From: a virus
Virus record (IMG/VR): IMGVR_UViG_2843255297_000002
Span: 2,560-66,559 of that record
Direction: 5' to 3' (one strand)
DNA: 64,000 nt
In this document: in pieces, positions 27,788 through 36,477 of the stretch
How positions within the stretch are numbered: position 1 is the stretch's first letter
How the letters are laid out: every line of letters starts with the position of its first letter
The notes under the pieces: generated by a model
Databases searched by the model: none
What the model saw: the letters and a program-made list of their open reading frames with translations, nothing else
Told to the model about the DNA's origin: nothing
Program-made: the position numbers and the translations under genes

Positions 27788-29802
27788 AAGCCTCCGAGCT
27801 CCTACCTCGTAAGTATCTCTCCTTTGCTGAGAGACGGAGACGAGCTGATGTTCAACTCATACAACGAGACTTTGACCGTCTGGAGGACGAGTTTATTAAG
27901 GGGGCTCGGAGGTTAGACACTAAGCGGAGAGCTCAACTCGTGGAGCGTGTCGAGAAGATACTTGACGAACTCCAGCGAGCTTATGAAAATGGAGATAAGG
28001 ACGAAGTTGAGGGCATTCTCAAAAGCATTCAAATGCCAAGCCAGAAAGAATGGCGCAAACTCATTCGCAAGCTCATTTACTCCGCAACGGAGGCTGGCAT
28101 TCTCAGAGCTCACTTTGAGCTTATGAGGCTCAAAGAGCTCTATGAGTTTGCTGAGGACACTTGGACAGTCGTTGACGAAGGCTATGACTATGATGTTATT
28201 TTCCCTCAAGAAGCTCGTGAGTTTCTCGACAAATACAGCCTTGAAATTAGCGTCATTACTGACGAGACTGTCCTTAACCGCATTAGAGAAGAACTCCGCA
28301 AAGGTCTCGAGGAAGGCATTAGCACTAAGGAGCTTATTGAAAACATTCAAAGAACCTCAGAGACTTGGCTCAGCGAGTGGCATGCTCAAACGATTGCTCG
28401 GACGGAAACTGGCAAAATGTATAATGCTGGGAGACTGGCTCGCTGGCTTGACCCTGAGGTTAATGGCTTTGTTGAGGCTCTCCAATATGACGCTATTATT
28501 GACAGACGCACAACCGAGCTATGCAGACACCTTGACGGAAAGATTGTAAGCATTAAGCGAGCTGACGTTATAGCAGAATATACTCCACCAAACCACTTTC
28601 AATGTCGCTCTACTTGGTTGCCAGTCACGAAGCATGAAGAATGGGAAGATGACTTCCCTACTGACATAGAGCCAGAAAAGGGCTTTACATTCAAGGCTCC
28701 CCTCCCTAAACTCCTCCAAGGAAAAACAGAGCCTCTAGTGCAACCTAAGAAGAAAATTGACCCTCGAGAAGTCACTGACCCAGACGTTATTCGCAACTTG
28801 CCAGGCGATGACTTCAAGGTTGCTATTGGTAACATTAAAGACATAGCTCTCAAGCTGGCTCTCGTTAAGGAACGGGCTGAGAAAATGCTCGTCAGAGAAA
28901 CAGGGCTCAAAGAGGAGGTTGTTGACGCTCTCTTTACTTACTGGGGTTATAATAGCGATGAGCTAGAGGGTAGCTTTGAAATGTTTGACACTCTCTACAA
29001 GTTCTATATGACTCCAGAAATGAGGGAAACAGTCGAGGAGCTAGTAAGAAAACTCTATGACGCTGGCGACAACTATGGCAACGAAGCTCTCCGAGAGGTC
29101 ATTGAGGAGTTTGCCAAGGAGTATGGCTCAAAACCAGAGTATGCTGACCTCATAGCAAAACTAAAACAGGGTATTTCACAAGCTCGCTACAAAATGACTT
29201 GGAACGGACTCAAGCCAGTTGAACAAACCGAGGAGTCCAAGAAGTTGCTTACTATGAAAATGCCACCTCGGACGGCTAACTTTAGAAATGCTACTGGCTT
29301 ACAGCAAGCCCTCAAAGAGGCTCAAGCATGGCTCCTCAAGTATGTTGACCCTAAACTTGCTCCTAAAACTGGCATAAAGGTAAGATTCCAATATGACCTC
29401 TACCGAGCATACGCTACTGGAGCAAGCGGAGAGGTTTACTTTGGGGCGATTGAGAAAGAGGCTGGAGTTGTTGTTCACGAAGTAGGACACGTTTTCCACT
29501 GGAATAACAAAGCAGTTGCAGACCTCATAAATGAGTTCTACCAACAACGGACGAAAAACGATAAAATTACACTCTACCAAGGCGAAAAAACCAAGAGAGA
29601 CAACTTCTACAACCCTTATGTTGGTCGAGTTTATGGATGGGAGCGGAGATATGAAAGTTCTAAGTATGCAACTCGTGAGTTTATGGGTCAAGAGGTGCTC
29701 TCTATGGGGATTCAAGCCCTTTATGAGAACCCAGAGAAGTTCTACCAAGATGACAAAGAGCATTTCTTGCTCACATACGCTATTTTGAGGGGGTTGTTCT
29801 AA
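27784..29802 (+). CDS. MuF (SPP1 gp7-like) head protein with C-terminal HExxH metallopeptidase-like domain; frame open from the portal stop
   Basis: TIARTE, DRRTTELC..LDG, PPNHFQCRS MuF motifs; HEVGH and EVLSMG; no ATG/GTG/TTG between 27679 and 27939. Confidence 0.88.
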   Translation, partial: VKASELLPRKYLSFAERRRRADVQLIQRDFDRLEDEFIKGARRLDTKRRAQLVERVEKILDELQRAYENGDKDEVEGILKSIQMPSQKEWRKLIRKLIYSATEAGILRAHFELMRLKELYEFAEDTWTVVDEGYDYDVIFPQEAREFLDKYSLEISVITDETVLNRIREELRKGLEEGISTKELIENIQRTSETWLSEWHAQTIARTETGKMYNAGRLARWLDPEVNGFVEALQYDAIIDRRTTELCRHLDGKIVSIKRADVIAEYTPPNHFQCRSTWLPVTKHEEWEDDFPTDIEPEKGFTFKAPLPKLLQGKTEPLVQPKKKIDPREVTDPDVIRNLPGDDFKVAIGNIKDIALKLALVKERAEKMLVRETGLKEEVVDALFTYWGYNSDELEGSFEMFDTLYKFYMTPEMRETVEELVRKLYDAGDNYGNEALREVIEEFAKEYGSKPEYADLIAKLKQGISQARYKMTWNGLKPVEQTEESKKLLTMKMPPRTANFRNATGLQQALKEAQAWLLKYVDPKLAPKTGIKVRFQYDLYRAYATGASGEVYFGAIEKEAGVVVHEVGHVFHWNNKAVADLINEFYQQRTKNDKITLYQGEKTKRDNFYNPYVGRVYGWERRYESSKYATREFMGQEVLSMGIQALYENPEKFYQDDKEHFLLTYAILRGLF

Positions 29803-29804
29803 GC

Positions 29805-30101
29805 ATGTTGAAGTTTACCTTTGGGGGAGTGCCAGTTGAAATATGGTTTGCTCCCTCTTTCAGCATAAAAACGACTGATAAACGCATAGAAATGCTTTTT
29901 CGTAAAGCGAAAATTGAGACTTATGACCCTTTGAAGAAGAAAATTAGAGAGGTCAGACCGTCTCGCAGTGAGTTTGAGGCTTATTTGTACCTCGAGGAGA
30001 TTAAAAACAGGGTGCCAGAGCTTAAAATTGAGCTCGAGGAGTACCCTCCTCTCCCTACTTCAAGGGATAAAGAGAACAAAGACGCTCCAATTTTGGAGTA
30101 A
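29805..30101 (+). CDS. Small protein, candidate immunity protein of the MuF toxin
   Basis: Starts 2 bp after the MuF stop with GAGGGGG SD; function assigned by position only. Confidence 0.55.
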   Translation: MLKFTFGGVPVEIWFAPSFSIKTTDKRIEMLFRKAKIETYDPLKKKIREVRPSRSEFEAYLYLEEIKNRVPELKIELEEYPPLPTSRDKENKDAPILE

Positions 30102-30189
30102 TAGAGGGGTCACACTATAATAATACACCACCTCGAGGGGATTGTCAAGAGTATTTTATGCTTTTTTTTTCACCTCGTGAGTGGTGTTT

Positions 30190-30335
30190 TATTGTGTTTT
30201 ACACTAAAGAGTGAACCTAATTAGGTTTACTCTAAAGAGTTTTTTATTGATTTTTTACTATCTCGTGGGTTTTATTTATGTTTTTGTTTATGTTTACACT
30301 AAAGAGTTTACCCTAATTAGTTACTCTAATAAGTA
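30190..30335. repeat. AT-rich region with palindromic AGAGT..CTAATTAG..ACTCT repeats
   Basis: TTTACACTAAAGAGT..CCTAATTAG twice (~30198, ~30293); related in inverted orientation to 22420-22570. Confidence 0.6.
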
Positions 30336-30441
30336 TTACTGTAATAATATTATAATAATACTAAATAAAAGTCAACTACCTCGAGGAGAAAAAAAATTTT
30401 TTTTTCTCCCCTAAGTAGTATTATTCTCCTAAAATGGCTCC

Positions 30442-30478
30442 AAAAGTGTAACCACCCTCTGATATATATTTAGTGAGA
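30442..30478 (+). promoter_or_regulatory. Candidate late promoter, copy 2
   Basis: AAAAGTGTAACC-N5-CTGATATATATTTAGTGAGA directly upstream of the head/tail operon. Confidence 0.6.
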
Positions 30479-30519
30479 GGGGAAATAGAGGGGTAATACT
30501 GGGGTTACACCTCGAGGAG

Positions 30520-31839
30520 GTGAAACAAGTGGCGCTAAAGATTGCCAAGGGTAAAGTCAGCGAAAAGGACTGGAGTAGCGTCGACAAATCTTCTATATGG
30601 CGCAGATTGAAACAAGCGCTTGAGAACGGAGAACAAGGCGCTACCGAGGCAGTACGTGAAATGTACGCAGTTGTTAAGGCTCCTATCAATGCTGACTTGA
30701 CACAAGCTGATTGTTGGGCTCCACACCATGAGATACAAGGAGACACTTTAGTGTTGAATAAAAATGGTCTCGTTGCGGCTGTTGCGGCTCTCGCTGGTGC
30801 TCGCTCAGAGCCAAACTTGACAGCTGAGCAAAAACGAAAAGCCGCAAGACATTTGTTGCGCCATTACAGAGCGCTCGACATGGAACCTCCAGAGTCGCTC
30901 TTACGAATGGCTGGCGAGAAAATGTCTAACTCTGAGGAGGTAACTTGCTTGAATGAGAAATTATATTACATTGGCAAATTTACTGAGACAGTAGCCAATG
31001 AGCAAGATGAAGATATGCTCAAAATGGCTGAGTTGTTCTCCGTTGGAGTACACCGAGGAGTTGAATATACCGAGCAAGACCTTGAGGAGTTAGCCAATAA
31101 CTTTGACCCTAGCGATGAGGTACCAATTCAGATAGACCACTCAGAAAGTGCCAAAGATACAGTCGGCTATTTGGAAAGCGTTGAAGTGAAGGACGGAAAA
31201 CTCTTAGGAGTTTTACGCATTATTGATGACTTTGCCAAGGAGCGCATTAGAAAGAACCTAATGAAAAAGCTGTCTATTTCATTCTACTTGAAGCACACTG
31301 AGGAGGGATTCAAGCCTTACAAGTTGCGCGAGGTCTCGCTAGTGGCTTTCCCTCAAGTAAAGACAGCTCGGTTGTTTAGCGAGAATGGATATATTTCCAC
31401 ATACGAGGAAAACAAGGAGGTTGGAAAGATGGCTGATAAAGAAAAAGCTGTCAATCTTAGCGAATTGAGAGCGGAAATTCGCAAGGAGATTGAGCAAGAG
31501 ATTCATGCAGAGTATGCTGAACTAACAAAACGCTTGGAAGCTCTTGAAAAAGTTCAGCAACAATTCAGCGAGTCTCAAGTGAAAGCGAAAATTGAGGCTT
31601 TCCAAGAGGAAAACAAAATTGTCCCAGCACAAGTTGACGCTCTTGAAAAACTCTTGAAAACATTCAACGAGGAGCAAATGGGTTTATTCGATGAGTTTAT
31701 GAAAAACTTCCAAAAAGTTGACCTTTCTGAGCAAGGCGAAGTCCAACAACCAGAGAAAGAGCAAGAAAAAGACCAAGCTCAAGATGACTTTGAAAAATTC
31801 TATGAGGAGTATGTCAAAAAATACGGTCGTACTCTGTAA
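30520..31839 (+). CDS. Capsid maturation protease/scaffold (Mu gpI-like) with extra N-terminal domain
   Basis: PIQIDH..VGY..LSISF..LREVSLVAFP protease pattern; coiled-coil C-terminus; internal SD+start at 30949 and 31429. Confidence 0.82.
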   Translation: MKQVALKIAKGKVSEKDWSSVDKSSIWRRLKQALENGEQGATEAVREMYAVVKAPINADLTQADCWAPHHEIQGDTLVLNKNGLVAAVAALAGARSEPNLTAEQKRKAARHLLRHYRALDMEPPESLLRMAGEKMSNSEEVTCLNEKLYYIGKFTETVANEQDEDMLKMAELFSVGVHRGVEYTEQDLEELANNFDPSDEVPIQIDHSESAKDTVGYLESVEVKDGKLLGVLRIIDDFAKERIRKNLMKKLSISFYLKHTEEGFKPYKLREVSLVAFPQVKTARLFSENGYISTYEENKEVGKMADKEKAVNLSELRAEIRKEIEQEIHAEYAELTKRLEALEKVQQQFSESQVKAKIEAFQEENKIVPAQVDALEKLLKTFNEEQMGLFDEFMKNFQKVDLSEQGEVQQPEKEQEKDQAQDDFEKFYEEYVKKYGRTL

Positions 31840-31866
31840 TTACTGAGACAAGGAGGTTGAAGCTAA

Positions 31867-32283
31867 ATGGCTCGCAATAAGGTAGAATACCACATTCAAG
31901 CAGGAGCGTTTCATACTTTCAAAGTGCAAGCTGACGAAACGCTTTTCATTGGTCAACCAGTTGCCATTCGTGGCGACATGACAGTTGGCTTGGCTAACGA
32001 AGGCGAGGAAGCTATTGGAATTGTTTATGCTGGTAGCGTTGCTAAAGACGGAGTAAACGAAGGCTACAAAGGTGATGACGGAGACATTGTAACGGTTGTA
32101 ATGAATAAGCCAATTGTTTACTTGACAGCAGGAGGCGCAATTCCAGCTGGTGGCGACATTCAAGTTGGAGCAAATGGCAAATTCATTCACCGAGACGGTA
32201 CAACAAACACAGGAGCAGTGATTGCAAAAGCACTAACGACAGCAAGCGCTGACGGAGACTTTGTGATTGCTTACTTGAAATAA
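31867..32283 (+). CDS. Capsid decoration/cement protein
   Basis: Gly/Ala-rich beta protein (AGGAIPAG..AKALTTA..DGD.V) between scaffold and capsid genes. Confidence 0.7.
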   Translation: MARNKVEYHIQAGAFHTFKVQADETLFIGQPVAIRGDMTVGLANEGEEAIGIVYAGSVAKDGVNEGYKGDDGDIVTVVMNKPIVYLTAGGAIPAGGDIQVGANGKFIHRDGTTNTGAVIAKALTTASADGDFVIAYLK

Positions 32284-32306
32284 TTGACCAAAGGAGGTAG
32301 AAGTAC

Positions 32307-33155
32307 ATGGCTGATTTTGTATTAGGTCAACACCCTTTATTAAAGCGAGAGTTCGTTGACAGACGTATTCGTGACTTGATTGGACACCAATTCGTTGCAG
32401 ACCAACTTTTTACTCAAACGAGCGTGAACGCTTTAGCGATTAAATACATGGTGGACGCTGACGCAGACACTAATGGTCGTCAAAACTACGATGAAGTACC
32501 AGAAGTTGGTGAAGGCTCGAACTATAAACGTATTGGTTTGACGGAAGAACAAAAAACTGCCCTCATTAAGAAGTATGGCTTAGAGGTACCAATTACTTAT
32601 GAAATGCAACGGTACGGTACTGACGGACAAATTGAACGAGCTTACCGCAAGTTAGCTATGAACGTCCGCAAAATGGTTGATTCCATGTCTTACAAAGTGG
32701 CTACGAACGAGCAAGCTGGCATTCAAACTCTAACTTCTGGTGGCTGGGACACGGCAGAGAACATGATTAAAGAGTTGATTGACGCTAAAACAGCTGTCAG
32801 AGACTTTGGTTATACGGCTGACACGGTTGTTATTAACCCTCGAGTTGAGGCTATGTTGTTGAAAAACAAAGATGTTCGTGACGCTTTGCGCCAAAACAAC
32901 ACGGACGTTGCTCTGTTACGTGGCTACTTAGGTGACTTCTTAGGTATGAGCTTCATTGTTGACGAGAACTTTTCGGACACTAACGTCCTAGTGTTACAGC
33001 GCAAAGTAATTGGCGATATTGCGGACGCTGAACCATTACGCACAGCAGTATATAACGAACAAAGCAACGACCGCACTATTGTTCGTGCAACTCGCTTCAC
33101 TCAAGCATACTTGACTGACCCTAAAGCTATTATGTTCATTAAGGCTGTCCGTTAA
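32307..33155 (+). CDS. Major capsid protein
   Basis: Size, position, VPEVGEG.NY..KYG..ITYE HK97-fold pattern; strong SD; hairpin downstream. Confidence 0.88.
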   Translation: MADFVLGQHPLLKREFVDRRIRDLIGHQFVADQLFTQTSVNALAIKYMVDADADTNGRQNYDEVPEVGEGSNYKRIGLTEEQKTALIKKYGLEVPITYEMQRYGTDGQIERAYRKLAMNVRKMVDSMSYKVATNEQAGIQTLTSGGWDTAENMIKELIDAKTAVRDFGYTADTVVINPRVEAMLLKNKDVRDALRQNNTDVALLRGYLGDFLGMSFIVDENFSDTNVLVLQRKVIGDIADAEPLRTAVYNEQSNDRTIVRATRFTQAYLTDPKAIMFIKAVR

Positions 33156-33260
33156 TATTACTGGAGCAATACTGAGGTAAAGGGAGAGGAGAGGATACAA
33201 AGGGTTTGAGGTTAGCTCAGACGCTCTCCCTCCCTTGAATTTTTCTGGGAGGTGTGACTG

Positions 33261-33434
33261 TTGAAAATTAAAACATTAGTCGATAACGTCTTGACTTTAA
33301 ACAAGAAAGGGACAATTTTAGAGGTTTCTGACGAGCAAGGCAAGCGATTGATTCAGTTAAAAGTCGCTGAGGAGGTCAAAGACGAGAAAAAGCCTTCTAA
33401 GAAGGAGAAGGCAACCAAAGAAGGTGACAAATAA
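33261..33434 (+). CDS. Small head-associated protein (57 aa, not in ORF track)
   Basis: GGGAGGTG SD, TTG start, KGTILEVSDEQGKRLIQLKVAEEV. Confidence 0.6.
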   Translation: MKIKTLVDNVLTLNKKGTILEVSDEQGKRLIQLKVAEEVKDEKKPSKKEKATKEGDK

Positions 33435-33832
33435 TGTATGCCACAGCCAGTGATATTCGCAACGTCATGACGAAGTTGCCCCCACAAATTAAGGATGAAG
33501 ATATTGAGTTTCACATTCAGAAAGCAACTACATTGGTTGATAGCTACCTCAAGGTTGCTTATGTGACTCCATTCAACCCAGTGCCAGAGCTCATTAAACA
33601 CATTACAATTGACTTGGCTATCTTCTTCCTTGCTGAGTCGCTTTACTCCTCTCAAATGCCAAACTTTGACGAGTATCAAGCTAAACGATACGAGCGAGCT
33701 ATCTCCATGCTCGAGAAGATTGCAACAGGAGACCTCGTGATTGACGCTCCACAAAGAAGCAACTACCAAAGCGGTTTCGCTTCCACAAACAATGAACCTC
33801 CAATATTCACTTTAGATGAACCATACTGGTGA
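33434..33832 (+). CDS. Head-tail adaptor (Mu gp36/DUF1320-like)
   Basis: MYAT..VDSYL..Y..P..VPELI..RYERAI.MLEKIATG. Confidence 0.82.
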   Translation: MYATASDIRNVMTKLPPQIKDEDIEFHIQKATTLVDSYLKVAYVTPFNPVPELIKHITIDLAIFFLAESLYSSQMPNFDEYQAKRYERAISMLEKIATGDLVIDAPQRSNYQSGFASTNNEPPIFTLDEPYW

Positions 33833-34275
33833 TAAATATGGCTGTTACTGTTAATGTCAAAGTTGTTTATAACGGAGCCGACAAAAAACTCAAGAAGTTA
33901 CAAGACTTAGATTTTAGAAAGCCCCTCAAGCAGTCTGGCATTTATATGGAGAAGTCTATTGGAACTCGTTTCCGTCAAGCTAGATGGAAGCCTCTTTCCC
34001 CTGCAACCCTCGAGTGGCACCCTCACCGTATAGGTGGAAAACCTCTCAATGATACTGGCAGGCTCAAGCAGTCAGTAACTTCCAGAGCGATTAAGCGAGT
34101 GAGCAAAAACAAACTCCAGTATGGAACAAACTTGGTGTATGCTCCACTCCATAACTTTGGTGGCAAAACGAAGTTTGGATATGTCCCACCAAGACCTTTC
34201 CTCTACTTTGATTCCAAGGACGAAAAAGTTATTAAGCGCATTTTTGAGGACTATGTAAAGGAGCTGACTGAATAA
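33829..34275 (+). CDS. Virion morphogenesis protein (Mu gpG/P2 S-like)
   Basis: WKPLSPAT..LNDTGRL..GTNLVYA.LHNFGG..PPRPFL. Confidence 0.85.
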   Translation: MINMAVTVNVKVVYNGADKKLKKLQDLDFRKPLKQSGIYMEKSIGTRFRQARWKPLSPATLEWHPHRIGGKPLNDTGRLKQSVTSRAIKRVSKNKLQYGTNLVYAPLHNFGGKTKFGYVPPRPFLYFDSKDEKVIKRIFEDYVKELTE

Positions 34276-34709
34276 TGGCTCAAAATGTTGGAATGTACCG
34301 AGAGATTAAAGAAGCCTTGAGGCAACAAATAAAGAACTATTTGCAGAGCGTCGGAGAAAATATCGAGGTTTACCCAGTACCCTATCAAAATATCGCTTTC
34401 TTTCCAGCGGTTGCGCTCGAGCTAAGCTCACGCAGAAAACCCAAAGTAGGGGTTGGAGTGAAGCAACTCGAGCTTGATATGGTAGTCTGGGTTTACACTG
34501 ATATTCTCGACGCTGAGGACGCTGAAAGCGAATGTCTAAGGCTTCTGGAGCTTGTTGAGGACGCTATCGAACAAGACAAAACTCTTGGAGGAGTTTGCCA
34601 CTACTTGTCTATTGATGACGTGGTTGAGTTTGGAACGGTACAACAAGGAGAAGCGTCCTTCCTGCAAGGAGCTCGTCTCAATGTGCAGATTATTAAGCGT
34701 TTCACATAA
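34275..34709 (+). CDS. Tail terminator-like protein
   Basis: Position before the tail tube; FPAV..D.TLGG pattern. Confidence 0.65.
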   Translation: MAQNVGMYREIKEALRQQIKNYLQSVGENIEVYPVPYQNIAFFPAVALELSSRRKPKVGVGVKQLELDMVVWVYTDILDAEDAESECLRLLELVEDAIEQDKTLGGVCHYLSIDDVVEFGTVQQGEASFLQGARLNVQIIKRFT

Positions 34710-34722
34710 GCGAGGTGTGAAT

Positions 34723-34899
34723 ATGAAACTCATTTACAACGGTAAAAAACCGTTTCGCATTCTCTTTCCAGAGCGCCATGAAGTCTCTGAGGGTTATGTC
34801 ATCGAGACAGATGATAAGGTATTTATTGATGAATTGAAAACTATGGGGTTTGAAGAAGTGCAAGAAACGAAAAAAAGCAAAAAGGCAGGTGACAAATAA
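34723..34899 (+). CDS. Small hypothetical protein
   Basis: GAGGTG SD, ATG 34723. Confidence 0.55.
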   Translation: MKLIYNGKKPFRILFPERHEVSEGYVIETDDKVFIDELKTMGFEEVQETKKSKKAGDK

Positions 34900-35828
34900 T
34901 GGCGAAACAAGCTCATGGCTTTGACAATACAGTGGTTGTCGCCAAGGAGACAGCATTCGCTCAAGCTCCTACAACTGGATTCAAATGGATTGGTATTGTT
35001 GAGAGCTTTGAGCCAGAGGAAAATAACAACTTAGACTCTCGTCTTAGCGTTGGTGTTCGTGCTCCTTTCATGCTCCGAGCTGGAGTCAAGGAAGTTGATG
35101 GCTCCATTTCATTCGCTCTACAAAATGCTCGCATGATTGCTTTGGCTCTCGGAAAGGTTTCGACAACTGGGGACGGCTCAAATGGTTATACTCACACGAT
35201 TACACCAGTTGGAAGCGGAGAGCAACTCCCGAGCTTCACAATTCAAAACCACAACTTACTCCACAACTTCACTCGCAACTATGTTGGGGGAAAAGTTGAC
35301 AGTTTAACAATTACAGCGAGCGCAGAGGAAGCTGTTACAGCTGAGGCTGAAATTCTATTCTCACATGTTGAGGATAGCGGTATTACTCCAGCAACAGTCC
35401 AAGCTGAGCTTGACAACTATTTCATGTTCTATGAAGGCTCCGTCAAAATTAACAGCGTACAAGTTGCGAACGTCCGAGAGTTTGAGCTTGAGATTAATAA
35501 CAACTTAGAAAGACGCTTTGTATTGAATGGCACAAACAAACCAGCTCGCATTGAAGAAGGCAACCTTGAGATTACAGCGAGCTTGACGCTTGACTTCACT
35601 GATACGACTCAATGGGATTCCTTCAAGAATGGAGACAACCTCGTTGTGGAGTTAATGCTCCAAGATGTTCAAAACGCAAACCACTCCATTAAGGTCACTC
35701 TCATGGGTGGAATGTATGACACGAACAGCCTTCCAGTGAATGCTGAGGAGCTCCAAGAACAAGAACTTGAAGCTATTTTCACTGGTATTGAAGCAGTTGC
35801 AAATGACGGAAACGCTACTCTGATTTAA
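34899..35828 (+). CDS. Major tail tube protein
   Basis: KETAF..YTHTITP..LPSFTI..FELEINNNL pattern; position. Confidence 0.85.
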   Translation: MAKQAHGFDNTVVVAKETAFAQAPTTGFKWIGIVESFEPEENNNLDSRLSVGVRAPFMLRAGVKEVDGSISFALQNARMIALALGKVSTTGDGSNGYTHTITPVGSGEQLPSFTIQNHNLLHNFTRNYVGGKVDSLTITASAEEAVTAEAEILFSHVEDSGITPATVQAELDNYFMFYEGSVKINSVQVANVREFELEINNNLERRFVLNGTNKPARIEEGNLEITASLTLDFTDTTQWDSFKNGDNLVVELMLQDVQNANHSIKVTLMGGMYDTNSLPVNAEELQEQELEAIFTGIEAVANDGNATLI

Positions 35829-35879
35829 CCCCTCCTCCCCTACTTCCCCTAATAATTCCCCGAGAAAGGATGATGAATA

Positions 35880-36227
35880 ATGGCAAACAAACCTTGGTTG
35901 AAAAAGAATGACGAGAAAGTGATTGAAGTAATGGGTGCTAAGATTACACTTAAAAAGTTGACGTTTGGTGAGTCTCGTAAAGCAGTTAAAGAAGCTATGA
36001 AATTCAACCCTATTACACAAAAAGCTGAGGTTGACCCTTCTCTTATTGGAGTTCTTCGAGCTCTCTACCAGATTAAAGACTGGGATTTGACGGACGAGAA
36101 CGACAACAAGCTCCCTATTACTCTTGAAACGCTTGACAACTTACATGAGGACTTTGTTGCTCAGTTAATTCAAAAGATTAGCGAGCAAGATGACAATGGA
36201 GTCACAGAAGAAGAAAAAAAGCAATAA
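35880..36227 (+). CDS. Tail assembly chaperone (G-type)
   Basis: IKDWDLTDE..LPIT; ends in A AAA AAG slippery site at 36215-36221. Confidence 0.85.
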   Translation: MANKPWLKKNDEKVIEVMGAKITLKKLTFGESRKAVKEAMKFNPITQKAEVDPSLIGVLRALYQIKDWDLTDENDNKLPITLETLDNLHEDFVAQLIQKISEQDDNGVTEEEKKQ

Positions 36228-36469
36228 GGTCGGCTGTCTTAAAGAGCTTGGAGGGCAAGAAAGTCGAGAACCCTCCAGAAGCCTTGCAAATTTATGAGCT
36301 CTGTCGAGAGTTTGGTTGTCTCCCTTCTCAGTTAGAGCAGGAGGACAACAAAACAATTGAGGAGCTCATTTGTGTTATGAACGCAATTAACGAATACCAC
36401 TCCAGACAAAACAGGAGAGAAAACAGAAAGGAGCTTGCCAGAAAACTTGGTGGAGGACAAAGGAGGTGA
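36221..36469 (+). CDS. Tail assembly chaperone -1 frameshift extension (GT-type)
   Basis: -1 frame open from the slippery site; LCREFGCLPSQL; precedes the tape measure gene. Confidence 0.8.
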   Translation, partial: AIRSAVLKSLEGKKVENPPEALQIYELCREFGCLPSQLEQEDNKTIEELICVMNAINEYHSRQNRRENRKELARKLGGGQRR

Positions 36470-36477
36470 GCTGAGCA

